A stretch of 62,981 nucleotides of DNA, filler included, from Rozella allomycis CSF55 (taxonomy: Eukaryota), in assembly GCA_000442015.1 (NCBI GenBank). It is 5 parts of 5 records of this genome, joined end to end, with 100 filler letters (N's around TTAATTAATTAA, not from the genome) between each part and the next. Parts side by side here need not be neighbours in the genome. Positions count along the whole stretch, not along the records: positions 44,999 to 59,163 come from KE560979.1; 4 more parts are not named here. One strand, given 5' to 3'. Positions 46,241 through 59,263 of the stretch are shown here, piece after piece (the first letter of the stretch is position 1; each line of letters starts with the position of its first letter). Made by a program: the position numbers and the translations under genes. Below the pieces are notes generated by a model, which made no database searches, was not told where the DNA came from, and saw only the letters and a program-made list of their open reading frames with translations.

Positions 46241-47134
46241 ATGGCTGCGAGAAATGTTTTGTATCTGGCAACCACTTATATTGTTGTGTATGTTGTATCT
46301 AAGTGGCAAATTTCTTTTAACATGACAGAATCACAAGCACCGCGTCAAATATTCTTCATGAGCGGAGCGGGATTTGCATTTACTTTGCTTAACGTAACTA
46401 TAATAATAATCAGAGTCATCATTGATCTAAAACTAAAATCAAAGTCAAACAGGCACTGGATAGCCGCCACATTTGCTCTTACAATACCGATGTATAGTGT
46501 CACGCACATTTACGCGATCTTCAACCCCGAGCTACTGACAACAAGTCACGGGATATACATATCATATAATCTGGCAGGAATTACGGCAGGTATCATGTTT
46601 GTTTTCTTGGCCACGCTAAAATATTATGCGATAATTGCAAATCCCATTAAGAGGAAAATGGCAGAAAGAGCTTGCGTCATAGGTAACCTGGTGTCATTAA
46701 CAATATTGCTGGTATGGGTTACCGTCGAAATTGTCTCGCAAAGTGTCATGCCGCCAAAATACTCAAAGGCCCTGAATGTTGTACTGGCTTTGGTTCAAAC
46801 ATTACAGATTTTTGGCTTGGGCCCCATTTTCTTTGTCTTAAAACTACGAAACCAAATTAAACAGTTTGAAAGCAAAAGAGAAAATATCAAGGATTTGCTA
46901 GATGTTGTTAATGGCATGAATGCTGGGTTCTTTATTGTTGGGATATAAGGCCTATGGTCTTCAACCACTTATACTGGGACAATATATTTTGCACCGAATG
47001 TGGTTATGTTTCTTAATTTGATTATACTTGTTGAAAATATCGGAGACTTTATGCTTAAATACAACGTTAACAAGTCAAAGTTTCAAACCAAAAAGACTGA
47101 GAAGAGCATGACCTTGCAAAGCACGGTAAAATAA
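46241..47134 (+). pseudogene. Orphan multi-pass (about 7 TM) membrane protein paralog 2 with a premature TAA at 46946-46948
   Basis: GGG ATA TAA GGC aligns with GGG GCA TAT GGA of paralog 1; the frame continues with APNVV..LNL...VENIGDFMLKYN to TAA at 47134. Confidence 0.7.
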
Positions 47135-47157
47135 AGAACGTATGTTTGGCTATACAA

Positions 47158-48690
47158 TTATTTATTATTATTACAAGTACCAAAATATCTATTGGCAAAG
47201 TTTCCAAATCCTGGTACGATATAGAATTTGTCGTTAAGAACTTGATCCACTTGAGAAACTACAATTTTGACTTTGGGAAAGGCGTAAGAAATTGAATGTA
47301 AACCCAACGGGGCAGCTAATAAACACATGAAGATTATATTTTCTTCGAGTACAAAATGATCTAATAAAACTCTATGAATGTAATTGAATAAAATAATATT
47401 ACCGTATTGCCATGATTGCTGCAGCTCCGGTAGCAACAGACACATCCATAAGGAGAACTTTTCGACTAGAGATATCCGAAGGCAACTTACAAAAATGAAG
47501 CTATAAATCCCCTCCAAAGTACTTACTTGCGGGTCTCCAGTCTTTGTGTCAGTTTGAATCAAGAGTTTTCCAATTTTTATATCTTTACAAACCTGCCTTA
47601 AGCTAACTTCCATAGCCACTCCAGCCCTTTCAATTGAGACTCCGCATATTTTATCTGCCATTGTGAAGCCATGATAGGTTTTTCCAATAGGTGTTATGAC
47701 ACTCTTTTCGTGGAACTTTAGCAATGTTAATGCCTTTTCCACCACCATTCGGCACATCCTATCAGAGGAGAATATAAACTCATCTCTATTTGTGTTCTTA
47801 TCTCGTATGGTTGTCATTAGAGAAACAACCTGAGGTTTTTGCTCTAGCAAAATCACCGATTCTGGCAATCCATGTTTTCCCTCATGTAGTTTAGCCAACT
47901 CCGATTTGAAGCTAACATTTTCTTCTAATTTTCGTTTTATCATTTTCAGTAACAAATCAATTGCGACTAGAAGAAATGAACATGAATATGCTACCATTGT
48001 TCTCCAATCCTCTTGGAATGATTACATCCGCGTTCTTTAAAGTTGGCCTAATGTAATCATCGAATGCTGGTTTGACATATTTATGATACTGATCTAAAAC
48101 ACTTTGAACACTTCGCCCTCTTGAGGCAATGTCTCGCTTCAGTCTTCTCGCCAACCGAACATCATCATCGGTGTCTACAAATATTCTAACATCCATCATT
48201 TCAAATACTTTCTTATCATAAAGCGCAAATATTCCTTCAAATATTATAACACTCGCACCATAGATTTTTTGAGTCGTCGTCAGTCGGGAATGAGTAGTGA
48301 AATCGTACATTGGAATATCCACTATTAATCCTTGTTTAAGCTTTGATAACTTTTCATGGAGCAAGTCAAAGTCAAATGCATCTGGATGGTCAAAGTTGTA
48401 TTCATTTCTAGCGGCTCTTTCTCTGGCCTCTTGATTCAAATTTTTGTAAAAGGAATCCATGGAAATAATAACAACCCATGGGACGTTCATTTCTCTAATT
48501 ATGCGGCTTGAAATACATAAAATCCAACAATTTACTTGGAAACTGATGTTTTTCCTGATGCTGAACCGCCAGCAATGCCAATAAGAAAGGCATCTCGAAT
48601 GCTTGAGCCGTCGCTAGTATACCATGGTGGTCTTCCAGACCTTGGGATGAAACCATTGGAGGCCTCATTAGGTGATGTAGGATTTGACAT
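47158..48690 (-). CDS. URK1: Uridine kinase with C-terminal UPRT-like domain, multi-exon
   Basis: GRPPWY, IGIAGGSASGKTSV, NFDHPDAFD, FVDTDDDVRLARR, GVSIERAG, IVPGFGNFANRYFGT. Confidence 0.95.
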
Positions 48691-48745
48691 TTCTGTCGCT
48701 CAGCCACGAAATTGAATTGTCAATTCTTTAATCTATTAAGAATGT

Positions 48746-50916
48746 TTATTGAGTATTATGCAATTCTCTTTTGGCCTTTAATCATCACTTTTTTCTTGAA
48801 AGTGTATTTCTTGATAAAATATAAGGTGGCCACGTAGAATGGAAGCTTTATTGGTGACATGAGGAACATCATTAAGCCATAAAAGACACAGAGCATAAAT
48901 CCATTGATTATCTATATTTTGTTGCGGTATTTATTACGTGATATAGAATGATAAGAATAAAGAACATTCTGACATACCACCTTCTATATATTGGCAAATA
49001 ATCCTTTAAATCTGAATCCGAAGTAGTGTGTAATTCGTAAGAGCAACAGTAAAGTGATAAATAGATTATCAATGGCAAATAGAAAGAAGAAATCTCAACA
49101 AATGAATACAAGTAGGAATCGAGCATTGGTATAAAATCACCATTAATGACAAAGCCGTATACAAACATGTACGAGACTGTTGGATTTGAGGGAGCAAAAG
49201 TTCCAATCAAAAGAGGACCTACTATGAAGTACGCACCATAAGCAAACAAAACAAGAAATACATCATTTCTCTCAGACAATTCAGTAAACCTGAAGAAAAA
49301 GGATTGGATTAACCACTTTGAGTTAAATGATAGGGCTTTAAAAAGGCTTAAGTCAGACTTTTTCTTTAAGTATTTTTCATGCTTTTCGGCTAAACCTCTG
49401 CTGAATTTATTTCTCCAATCTGGGTAATTCTTGTGTGACTTCAGGTATACAACGTACAACTTTGGAATTAAAATACACCCTACAAAACTTAAAAAATAGA
49501 AACACCAAAATAGAAATTGAAGAATTAACCCAATCCTTGATTCCAATATTATGTTCCCAGTTGATTCAACTTCACTTCTAGTCAAATCAAGAGAAAATTC
49601 ATTTCCCACGCTTTTGTGTTTTCCGTGGACATCGGCGACTGTAATTTTAATAGTATGGATGCCTTTGGCGTATTGATGTGGATTCCATTCAAGACTCCAT
49701 AAATTTGTATCCAAAGTTCTTTTAAACTTTGAAGGCAACATTTTTCCATCAATAAAGCATTGAATATTTTTAATATTTGCTGAATTAAACACCAAGATTC
49801 GAATGTGAGAGGATTCCTTAATCAAATGTATAGGTTCTTTAGATGGCATCAAAAACCGCGAGTCTTTTGGATTCAAAATGACAATATGAAGATCATCATA
49901 TATATTCCCATCATAAAAAGAAAGCAAATCGTGATCAACAGCTATAATTCTAAACTGAGAATTCTCTTTCATATCACCGATTTCCAACTCTGTTAGTCCA
50001 TTAGGATGCAATGCATACATTTCGTGCGCTAAACCTCCGATTAACTTGTGCAAATGCCCACATAGAAGCATAGATACATCAGCAGTCATATTTTGGAATG
50101 TTCGTTGAGAAAGGTCTTTCGGTTTCTTGAACATCATGGTGGACAATGGGTAATGATTAGAAATAAAAATATGGTTTGAATCTTTGGCACTCTCCAAGTT
50201 TATCTGCAAATTGTGTAAATCGTAATCATCAAAATATCCAAAGAAATTAAACGGCCTCGCTGCCCCGTAATTTGGACATCCATCCAAGCTTATAACAGAA
50301 TACTCGCCAAATGGAAACCTTATTGTTTTAACATATTCCATCTTCTTTGATCTCGAATATTTTTTGAAAAAGTTTAGCGGAGAAGTCGCTTCAGGAACAT
50401 CAAAGCAATCATGATTCCCTCTAACGTCAAACCATTTATCGCTTGTGATATTGTGTTCGTCAAGAATTTTTTGATACATTTTCCATTCAATTTCATGTTG
50501 ATACGATGCCAACATATACTTGTCCTTGGCGTCAGTGAGGTCACCGCTAACTACCACAAAGGAAGGACCAACAAGTTTCATTGTGTTGGAAAGAAAGTAC
50601 CTCAGATTTTTTATATTAGAGGGGACATAACGGCTAACATGAAGGTCAGATATCTTATATGACATAACAAAGCGCTGCTTACATGGACAAAATAGAATAT
50701 ATTTCCGTATTTTTCGTTCAATTTTGCGTTTTTACTGTATTTCTTTTCCTTTTGAAGCACATTCTTGTCTAATTTATCCATTTCACTAGACTTAAACACC
50801 TCGTACTGAGGATGGATAACAAAATTATTCAAACGTTGATATAGGAGATAAATCCATTGATAGCCAATTAAGGCGTAAAATAGAATTCTTAACGTGGTTC
50901 TGAATGATATCGTCAT
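48746..50916 (-). CDS. TMEM62: TMEM62-like metallophosphoesterase membrane protein
   Basis: ISDLH, SGDLTDAK, DVRGNHD, PFNFFG, LCGHLH, ELEIGD, DHD plus C-terminal TM helices. Confidence 0.88.
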
Positions 50917-51049
50917 ATGTAATGCAATGTGATTGATTACGAAATTTACTTTTCAAAAACAATCCACAATCGCATTCATTAGCAGTTGCCCTAATTTGAA
51001 TGATAATCCACATTCGCTAATTTAAATTAGAAAAAATCCTAAATCCTAA

Positions 51050-52081
51050 ATGCGAGCATATCTTTTTCCAGGACAAGGTTCGCAATTTGTGGGGATGGCA
51101 AAGAATCTCTACAATATTTATAATCCTGCCAAAGTTTTGTTTGATAAATGTGAAGAAGTCCTAAAAATTCCATTGAAGACATTAATGTTTGACGGACCCT
51201 TAAGAGAATTGACAAGACCTTCCGTCGCACAACCTGCTATATGCCTTCATTCCTTAGTATGCCTTGATTACTATAAATCTCGTAATCAAGATATCGTTGT
51301 CGATTACTTCTTGGGCCATTCCTTAGGCGAATACACAGCTCTTATTGCGGCGGGATTATTGAATGTTGATGATGGGATGAAACTTGTACATCAAAGAGGG
51401 TTGGCAATGGAAACATGCGTAGACAAACTAGAGAAAAGTGATAGAAAATTCAAGATGACTGCGATAATTTTAAGACCTTCGAAAGGTAATTCATTAGGCT
51501 ATACATAAATCGGATATAAATGAAGTAGAAGATATTGTGAATAGTTTAGATTCAAAATTTAAGCTACGGGATGAGTGTTGTAATATTGCAAATATCAATT
51601 CAGCCAGACAGGTATGCAGTCCCATTAAGTAGTATAGGTCATATTAACTGGCACAAAAGATGCCGTGCGTGAAGCATGTCATGAACTAGAAAAAAAGTCT
51701 GTCGCTGCCCGTGCGATTGACTTGAATGTAGGAGGCCCATTTCATTCCAGATTGATGAAACCAGCGGCCGTGGAATTTGAGAAATATATAAGGAATGTAG
51801 AAATAAAAGAACCTTCTGAAGCTAAAGTTAAATTAATCTCAAATGTCACTGCAAATGAAGTAATGCTATAACTCAACATTTAGCAGTACAATAATAGTCA
51901 AGAAATCAAGGATTTACTAATACGACAGATATACACTACTGTAAGATGGTCTGATTGCATGAAATTTTTAACTGAACAAAAAGTAACCCATTTTACAGAA
52001 TTTGGGCCCAAGCCCATTTTGACAAGACTGGCAGCCATGCAATATCCTCAATCAAAGTTCCAGTCGATTAATGATATATAA
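51050..52081 (+). CDS. MCT1: Malonyl-CoA:ACP transacylase, multi-exon
   Basis: LFPGQGSQ, AQPAI, GHSLGEY, RGLAM, GPFHSRLM, VRW, EFGP. Confidence 0.93.
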
Positions 52082-52116
52082 AAAATTAAAAACATAAATT
52101 AACAATATATTTTATT

Positions 52117-53620
52117 CTAAAATAATTCGGTTGGAGCAGGATAAGACAATGCAGCAGGTTTGTTTACCCTTTTCATTTGTATTTCTTCTTCCAGCATGCC
52201 GATGTAGGAAATGCCGTTAAAATCTTCCAAAGGATACTCTGGTTTATTCATTTTCTCTTGAAATATTTTAGACATGGTGGCCACTTGTGGATGGAAATGA
52301 TTTTGAAATGTTGTCAGCTCCCACAATGAGCTTTTAATTGCATTAGCTTTTGATGGATCCAATGTTTCATGATCGTAAGGATCTGATTCGTTCATTTCAA
52401 CTCTTTGTATCATTGGGAGCAAAGACTCGTGCTTTTTCATTATATTATATATGAATGGAATGAGCCATAGTATACTTCCTGGAGGTGCAAATAAGGCTAA
52501 TCTGGCCATTCTTTTCACAAATCTAATTTTAATTCAAATGAAAAAAGTTTACGCTGCAATTAAATAAGAAGGAAGCAATGGAGAAGATAAGAAAATTTCA
52601 AGCAAGTGAAATAGTCTAGGACGATATCTAATTGTGAAATTAGGGTTTATCGAATTACTTGACATGAAATATCCTATGGTCAAGCAAGGCATACAGCTTA
52701 ATATAGAAATCAGGATAATCAAGATTGTAATGAGTGATGAGCACAAAGAGTCCATTTAAGGCCAACAAACTTAAACCACTTCCTAAATTATATGTATCAG
52801 TTAAGTAATCAATAAGAAGCCTAGGATTGGACATCAATGGAAACACTCTATCGTTGATTCGCAAAAGAATAGCGCGATGCGCATCCAAACGGTCTTCAGG
52901 AATCTTTTGCAAAAACTTAAGCCATAAATTGGAATAAAGTTGGCGCTGATGAGACATAACTTCAGAAGAGCCCATTGGATCAAAATATAAATTCGCTTCA
53001 TTTCCATTTAATTTTTTAATACTTAAAAGCATGGTTAAGATGTTATTAAATTGTAAAGCGTCATCAAAATTCTCAATTTTAGCCAACATGCCATTCAAAG
53101 CCTTGAAAGAATAATATCTAAAGTCATCAAATTGAGATACGTAATCATGAATCATTTTTTCAGCCATTGCAGCATCTGTTGAAATAACAGTTTTGAACAG
53201 AGAGTAAAATCTAACTACTGGAAATGATTTTTGCTCAGCAAGGCATTCATTTTGCCATTCCAGTTTAATACAAGAAAGTAGTGCTTGAAAAGCAATAGAT
53301 TTATACTTCAATGCATCATTGTCTTTTAAAATCTGAAACATTAATTCCACAAAGTTCTTGAAATTATCCGTCAACCACAAAGAAACTTGTTTTTTAGCTT
53401 CATTTTCGATAGTTGATGTCAATTTTGGCACAGTGAAAAAAGATCCTTGACTGTGATAGTGATTGAAAATTCTCATACAAGATTCACTTGTAAAAAGGAC
53501 TAATTCTGCGTCCGAACATTTTGTTAGAGCTTCCATCAGCTTGGTTAAATTATTTAAATTTTTGGGGTTGCTGATAATACTAGATTCTAAAGATTTTAAT
53601 TCTTTTAGAGAAAACTTCAT
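52117..53620 (-). CDS. NOC4: Nucleolar complex protein 4 (CBF/Mak21 domain)
   Basis: PRLLIDYLTD, LLALNGLF, NLDYPDFYIKLY, KRMARLALFAPP, SSLWEL, HFHPQV. Confidence 0.92.
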
Positions 53621-53697
53621 TTCGACCAGGGTTAAAGTAAAATTTACGGCGATAAAAATAAACTTATACATAAGAATGATAATGAAAATAATTATTT

Positions 53698-54834
53698 TTA
53701 TTTAATGCCTTTATCTTTTTTCGATTTTTTGGATTTCTTTTCCTTTTCAGATGTGCCATCTTTGTCATCGTTTTTCTTCTTCTCTTTATCTTTCTTCTTT
53801 TCCTTTTTCTCTTTCTTCTCCTTCTTCTCTTTACTTTTCTTTTCCTCTTTTTTCTCTTCAACTTTCTGTTCCTCATTAATTACAGTTTGCTTTTCATTGA
53901 CTTTTTCAGCCGGTACGATTTCATCGTCACTTTGTTTCAATTTCTTTGACTTTTTCTTATCCGCCTCTTTTGAATCCGAATGGTCGCGTTCTTTTCTCTT
54001 TTTCTCTTTTTTCATCTTTTCCGTATCGTCGTGGGTTTTAAGAGTTTGATCATTAGTTGATGGTGAATTTTCATTAGCTAACGTTAAATCATTTGTATCA
54101 ACGATATTATTGCTCTCCTTCATATTATCACCGGATTGGATGGTTTCTGCCTTCTTGTTCAATTTATTAATTCTTTCCATCCTTTTCTTTTCTTTAACAA
54201 CTTCCTTCACTTCCATTTTCTTTTCTCTTTTCGCCAAGTCATTATTTCGTATTTCTTCATGCTTGAACACAAAATCAAAGATTGCTTTCCAATGAACATT
54301 CAAAATTTCTGACCTTTCCACGCTAAGGAAGATATATTCTTTTGAAAATTGTTCCACTTTTGATCCTACTTCATTTAAGACTTTAGTGGCTAATATTTCA
54401 GTAGCATGATAATTCCCTGACTTGTCCTTCGAAGCCGCATCCTTGAGTTCTGAAGGAATCATCTTAATACCAACAAAACTTGTGAAGTTCATCAATTCCG
54501 GTGTGATTTCAGGAAATTTCTGTGACACTAATTCCTCCTTGACCAAATTTATCCACTCTTGGTCTCTAGGTTTCTTCACATCTTTGCCAGTCAAAAGCTT
54601 AAATACAATTTTTCGAAAATCTAATAACAATTTCCTTAATGCTACAGGGTCTGGAACATTGCTTAGAATGCCACCCTGAACATGTTCAATCCAAAGGTCC
54701 GCACGATAATCACAAAGCTCCTTTTTTAAAGAGGAGAGTTCGCCTTTAGCGATCATTTCATTGGCATCTTTTCGTACAGCGTTTATCGCTTCTATGATGG
54801 TTTTCGTATAATCAGAAAATGAATTTGTAGCCAT
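53698..54834 (-). CDS. Unknown protein with a helical N-domain and a KKE-rich low-complexity tail (nucleolar-like)
   Basis: 378-aa ORF from ATG 54834; Lys/Glu repeats at the C-terminus. Confidence 0.7.
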   Translation of the reverse strand: MATNSFSDYTKTIIEAINAVRKDANEMIAKGELSSLKKELCDYRADLWIEHVQGGILSNVPDPVALRKLLLDFRKIVFKLLTGKDVKKPRDQEWINLVKEELVSQKFPEITPELMNFTSFVGIKMIPSELKDAASKDKSGNYHATEILATKVLNEVGSKVEQFSKEYIFLSVERSEILNVHWKAIFDFVFKHEEIRNNDLAKREKKMEVKEVVKEKKRMERINKLNKKAETIQSGDNMKESNNIVDTNDLTLANENSPSTNDQTLKTHDDTEKMKKEKKRKERDHSDSKEADKKKSKKLKQSDDEIVPAEKVNEKQTVINEEQKVEEKKEEKKSKEKKEKKEKKEKKKDKEKKKNDDKDGTSEKEKKSKKSKKDKGIK

Positions 54835-54859
54835 TTTCAAACCTAGCCACAATATTTTT

Positions 54860-55965
54860 ATGAGAGTGCTAGAATTATTTGCAGGTGTTGGCGGAATGGT
54901 AATAATAATATAAGATTAAAATTTAGAAAATTGCGTACCAAATGGCCTTTTCTGATGACAAGGAATCCACTTTTGAGCCGATCGAAATTCTACCAGCGGC
55001 CATTACTGTCTATAACACTCATTCCATATCTAAGCATCGCGCCAAAAATATAATTGGACTCAAAATTCATGATGTAGACAATTTTGATATGTGGACTATG
55101 TCCCCACCTTGCCAGCCTTACACAAAGCAAAAGAGTAGCAAGGAACTTGACCTAGATGATAAGAGGTCAGATTGCTTTATGCATTTGTTGACTTTATTAA
55201 GAGGAGTATCCAAGAGGCCAACATATATCATAGTTGAGAATGTGGCACCCTTCTATGTACGAGTCACATATATTTTGAACTTAGAACGGCCAGGGACGAA
55301 TGGAGCTCCTGAAAGTCTTAAAAGATCTGAACTATAATATAAGCGAATACATCATTAATCCTAAAGATTCGTTGAATATTCCCAACTCTCGAAACCGATA
55401 TTACCTTCTCGTATGAATTATAACCACGAAACATAAGGCACGTTTAAACAAAACGTTTGATAATGAAATTTTACAGACAAATCTTCCCGAAAGCAAATTG
55501 AAAATGGAGTATTCAGCATTTGTTCGAGACTATTTATTAAAGAATGTTCCCCAAGAATGCGAAATCACATTGTCGACGAAATGCAAGCGGGGTAGTCTGT
55601 TCGGTAAATTCATGTAACATAAATATCTAGATATTGTCGATTTAAATTCTACCAGCACCATGTGCTTTACAAAAAACTATACCAAATATGCAGAGGGGAC
55701 TGGTTCAGTTCTAAAAACTAGTGATCAAGACATCGCGGCCATTTTTGAAAACCACTGCGTTCGAAAATGTGAAGGAGATGAAAATTGCTGCCTTAAGCAG
55801 GTTGGTCTTCGTTATTTTGCCCCAAAAGAGATCGCGAACTTAATGGGATTTCCTGATTGGTTCGATTTTCCCGCCAGTACAACGATGAAGGAGCAATACC
55901 GAATGATTGGAAATAGTATAAATGTTTCAGTGGTTTCAAGTTTAATAAAGCATCTACTTTCTTAA
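54860..55965 (+). CDS. TRDMT1: DNMT2 tRNA C38 cytosine-5 methyltransferase, multi-exon
   Basis: MRVLELFAGVGG, MSPPCQP, VENV, IPNSRNRYY, CFTKNY...GTGS (DNMT2-specific CFT), LRYFAPKEIANLMGFP, GNSINV. Confidence 0.93.
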
Positions 55966-55982
55966 TTATATCGTCAAAGAGT

Positions 55983-56256
55983 TTATTTATCTACTTTTTT
56001 CAACTTGGCTGTGCTAAATTCTGTTTTAGGTCCTTCAATAAGCTTTGGTGCAATGGTGGGCTCTTTTCCATCATAGTCTGCGGGTTTCGGCGCATTTCTT
56101 AATTTGGCCCCAAATGGATTTGAAGGTGCGTTGGTAGCTTCCTTTGAGGGGGAGCTTAATTATGCAAATTAAATACTATTACCTGATGTTTGGTTGTTTC
56201 CCATCATAATCAGCAGGGCGAGAAACAGTTTTCAATTTCGGAACTTCAAACGACAT
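55983..56256 (-). CDS. 81-aa repeat microprotein with three F-x(2-3)-KL(K/R) motifs (thymosin/WH2-like); intron 56155-56182
   Basis: Spliced ORF MSFEVPKLKTVSRPADYDGKQPNISSPSKEATNAPSNPFGAKLRNAPKPADYDGKEPTIAPKLIEGPKTEFSTAKLKKVDK; the internal repeat is conserved at protein level; stop overlaps AATAAA. Confidence 0.75.
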
Positions 56257-56476
56257 CGGGACTCGGAGATTTTAGCAAGTGAAAATGGTTTCTATTCATG
56301 TTTTAAATATAGATTTAAGATTTTATTTTTTGTCATTTTTATCGCCAGTTCATTGATCCTTTTCGGTATGGCTGCCTGCCTTCAAAATGTAATGTAGTCT
56401 GCATGAATTCACTAATTGTTTTCAATTATAAGTGAATATTAATGCAAATAAAAAGCGAAATATAGATTTATTTGTA

Positions 56477-58516
56477 TTAAACAACATCCCTGTGGTACGA
56501 TGACTTCCGCATATCAGCAAGTTTCTTTCTTTCTTGTGCTATTTGTTGCTCTAATTGTAAAATCAAAACATTTTGATTCATCTCCGAAACTTTAAGGTCA
56601 TGTAAAGACATCTTTGAATAATCATCATTTTCTTTCGTTGTTAATTTAAAGGCAGTTGAAACCTTTTCCAGCAAGGAAATTGATAAGCGCTTCACCTCCG
56701 CTCCTGCACTCTTTAAAGATTGAATAGATGAGGTCGTTATTTCCATTTCGACGCACGCTGAAGCAATAAGTTGAGCTGTTGAAGCTGTGACTTCTTGGCA
56801 TGAAACAATCAGAAATTCCGATGACGTTTCTCCTAATAATACTTTGTTTGCCGCTTCTACCATTACTTTAGCCATGACTGAAACATGCTTGGCAGCAGAA
56901 ATTAAGCCTTGAGTCCAACGGTTAATCTTTTTATAGGAATCGGGTAAAGTAACGGCTACCTTTTTAAAACTTACTTCATTTTGGCACTCTGTTGCTCTTT
57001 GAATCAGTAAGGCTATGCTGTCGACTAATAATTGTACTTCTTTAGCGATTTCCGAGTGAACGGTCGCAGAAAAGGATATAGTCAATTTAGCAGCATGATC
57101 TTGGGAGTATAGTATGGTGTCTTTAATCATAGCAAGGTCATCCTTGGATTCAATGAACAATTCTAATCGAGTTTTGATTTTTCTGCATCCGTCTTCAATT
57201 ATGGACTTTTGATGTTCCAAAGGCAAAGAGTCCAGTGTACCACTTTCCATATCCTGAAAATACTGAATACAAATATGAACCAAGTCATTAAATTCCGAGG
57301 GATTTGCATTGATTTGTGAAGAGAACAAAGTGAAGTAAACCAGCACCTTTGGAACATTTACAATGACATTCAATCCATCATTAGTTTCGATGTACTCTAA
57401 CATAGACTTACATAGATCTTCTAACGCATATTCTAAATCAAGCTTAAACAACTCAATCGAATTTGTTGACGAATGTCCCAAGCTAGATTCTTTTAAACCT
57501 TGAATATACATTAGAGCTTCACATGCCCCTTTAAAAGATGAATTAATACAGCCTCGCACGAGGTTTGTCGAGTTGCGCGAAACCTCAACCATTTGATTTT
57601 GAAGAGATGAATTAACAGAATTCAAACTATCTTTGGCTGACAACAATTCATTCTGCGTAAGTTCAATTTGTTTTTCCAAATTCCTCACCTGTAACATCAG
57701 CTGCGACTTTTGCCCTTCCAAGGATTCGCAAGATGATTGGGCTTGAGCATAGAGCATCTTAAGTTGTTCCAATTCATCCAGCGTTCTTTGATAAATATCG
57801 TTCATTGCATTTTTTTCTTGCTCATTTTTCATATGGAGTTCATTCATTTGAGAATCTCTTGAGCTTAAAATAAGACTAGCCTGTGATTGTGTTTTCGTCA
57901 GTTCTCCTTTGACTTGAGATAACTTGTTTTCGTAATCACTAACACTATGACGTAATTGCTGTTGCGCTATATGTTTTTCCCGGGCAATGTTTGCGAGTTC
58001 CATTTCTTTATCCCTTAATTTCTGCTCGTACATATCTTTTGACGCCATATTTTGATTAGCTATTGCTTGAATAGTAGTGGTTCTCTCGACCATAGCGTCA
58101 TAGTCACTTCTCAATTTTTGGTGAAGAGAGGCAAGTGCATTATACTTTTCTTGCCACAAACTTATTTGTTGAGCGTAGTTTTGATTTTCAAGTATATTAT
58201 TGCCATTAATATTGTATTGTTGTGCTCTTTGCATCGTTTGCTGCATGGCTTGAATATTTGAACCCTATTTACTTCAAAAACTGCAAGTTACGTTGTTTCC
58301 ATCACTTGAATTTGTTTGTATCATCCTTTGCTGTACTTGATACATTTGAAAGCTTTGAACATGTGAATTTGTGTTATTAGTAGGTACCATGTTAGTATTT
58401 GGAATCAAATTGTTTTGTACGTACGGTTGATTTACGTGATTTATATTGGAACCGATTGGGAGTACGGGCATTCCATTTGAATCGAATTGGTTAAACTTGT
58501 TGTTATTATTATACAT
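56477..58516 (-). CDS. Sla2/HIP1-like coiled-coil + I/LWEQ (THATCH) protein with an N/Q-rich N-terminus and no visible ANTH domain
   Basis: RWTQGLISAAKHV, LIVSCQEVTASTAQLIAS, EMNQNVLILQLEQQIAQERKKLADMRK; short intron near 58266-58295. Confidence 0.8.
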
Positions 58517-59088
58517 GTCGGAGTATAAGATATTAATTAAAATTTGATGAAATATATTTCGCTTGATTACTAATAATTTGATAATGAATTTACTTATAAC
58601 CGGGTTTGTAATTTAGTTTTTCTTAACGTGAATGTTTAAATTTGTCAGTAATGGCGCTTAGGTCTCGGGATCAAAAAATGAAGAAATTTGATATTTTTCC
58701 CTTTCTGTATGGAATCAACTGGAGGAATGGACGTAGATTCTTTGGCTTTCCTTAGAAGTATCACGCATGTAGTGTCCAATGACCAATGTGCAAAATACTG
58801 AAACTAATGTGGTATACAACAGGCTCAGATTAAAGATAAGTTTTACATTGGCAAAAAGGAATGCATCAATGCAGCATCAATGATTCTGAGAAGCCCCCTA
58901 AGTCTAGTGCGCGGTATGGCCTGGTATTGTTGTGCGGTATGTTAGATTTGCAGTTGTTTCACCTGCTCTATCGATTCTCGGCTAGAGTGGAATGAAGACC
59001 TTTGGTCAAAAGTATACTTTAATAAAATCAACATCTACTTTATATTGAATTGACTCGGTTAAAGTTATTTTCTGAACTGACTGCACAT

Positions 59089-59160
59089 GGATACGTAGCT
59101 CAGTGGCAGAGCTTTCGACTGCAGATCGAATGGTCGCTGGTTCAATTCCGGCCGTGCCCT
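59089..59160 (+). tRNA. tRNA-Cys (GCA)
   Basis: D-arm GCTC-AGTGGCA-GAGC, anticodon arm TTCGA-CTGCAGA-TCGAA, T-arm GCTGG-TTCAATT-CCGGC, U discriminator, followed by a T run. Confidence 0.93.
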
Positions 59161-59263
59161 TTTNNNNNNNNNNNNNNNNNNNNNNNNNNNNNNNNNNNNN
59201 NNNNNNNTTAATTAATTAANNNNNNNNNNNNNNNNNNNNNNNNNNNNNNNNNNNNNNNNNNNN

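Noticed and set aside
53705-54049. Phe/Ser-rich ORF and other antisense ORFs (for example 10728-11030, 12309-12707, 60401-60940)
   Set aside because: Shadow frames of real genes on the opposite strand
58620-59040. Possible snoRNA (U3-like start) or small spliced gene between the SLA2-like gene and tRNA-Cys
   Set aside because: No convincing box motifs and no consistent spliced frame found by eye; left unassigned
59089-59160. A3:C70 mismatch in the tRNA-Cys acceptor stem as evidence of tRNA editing
   Set aside because: A single mismatch at a contig edge could be a tolerated variant or base error; insufficient without RNA data
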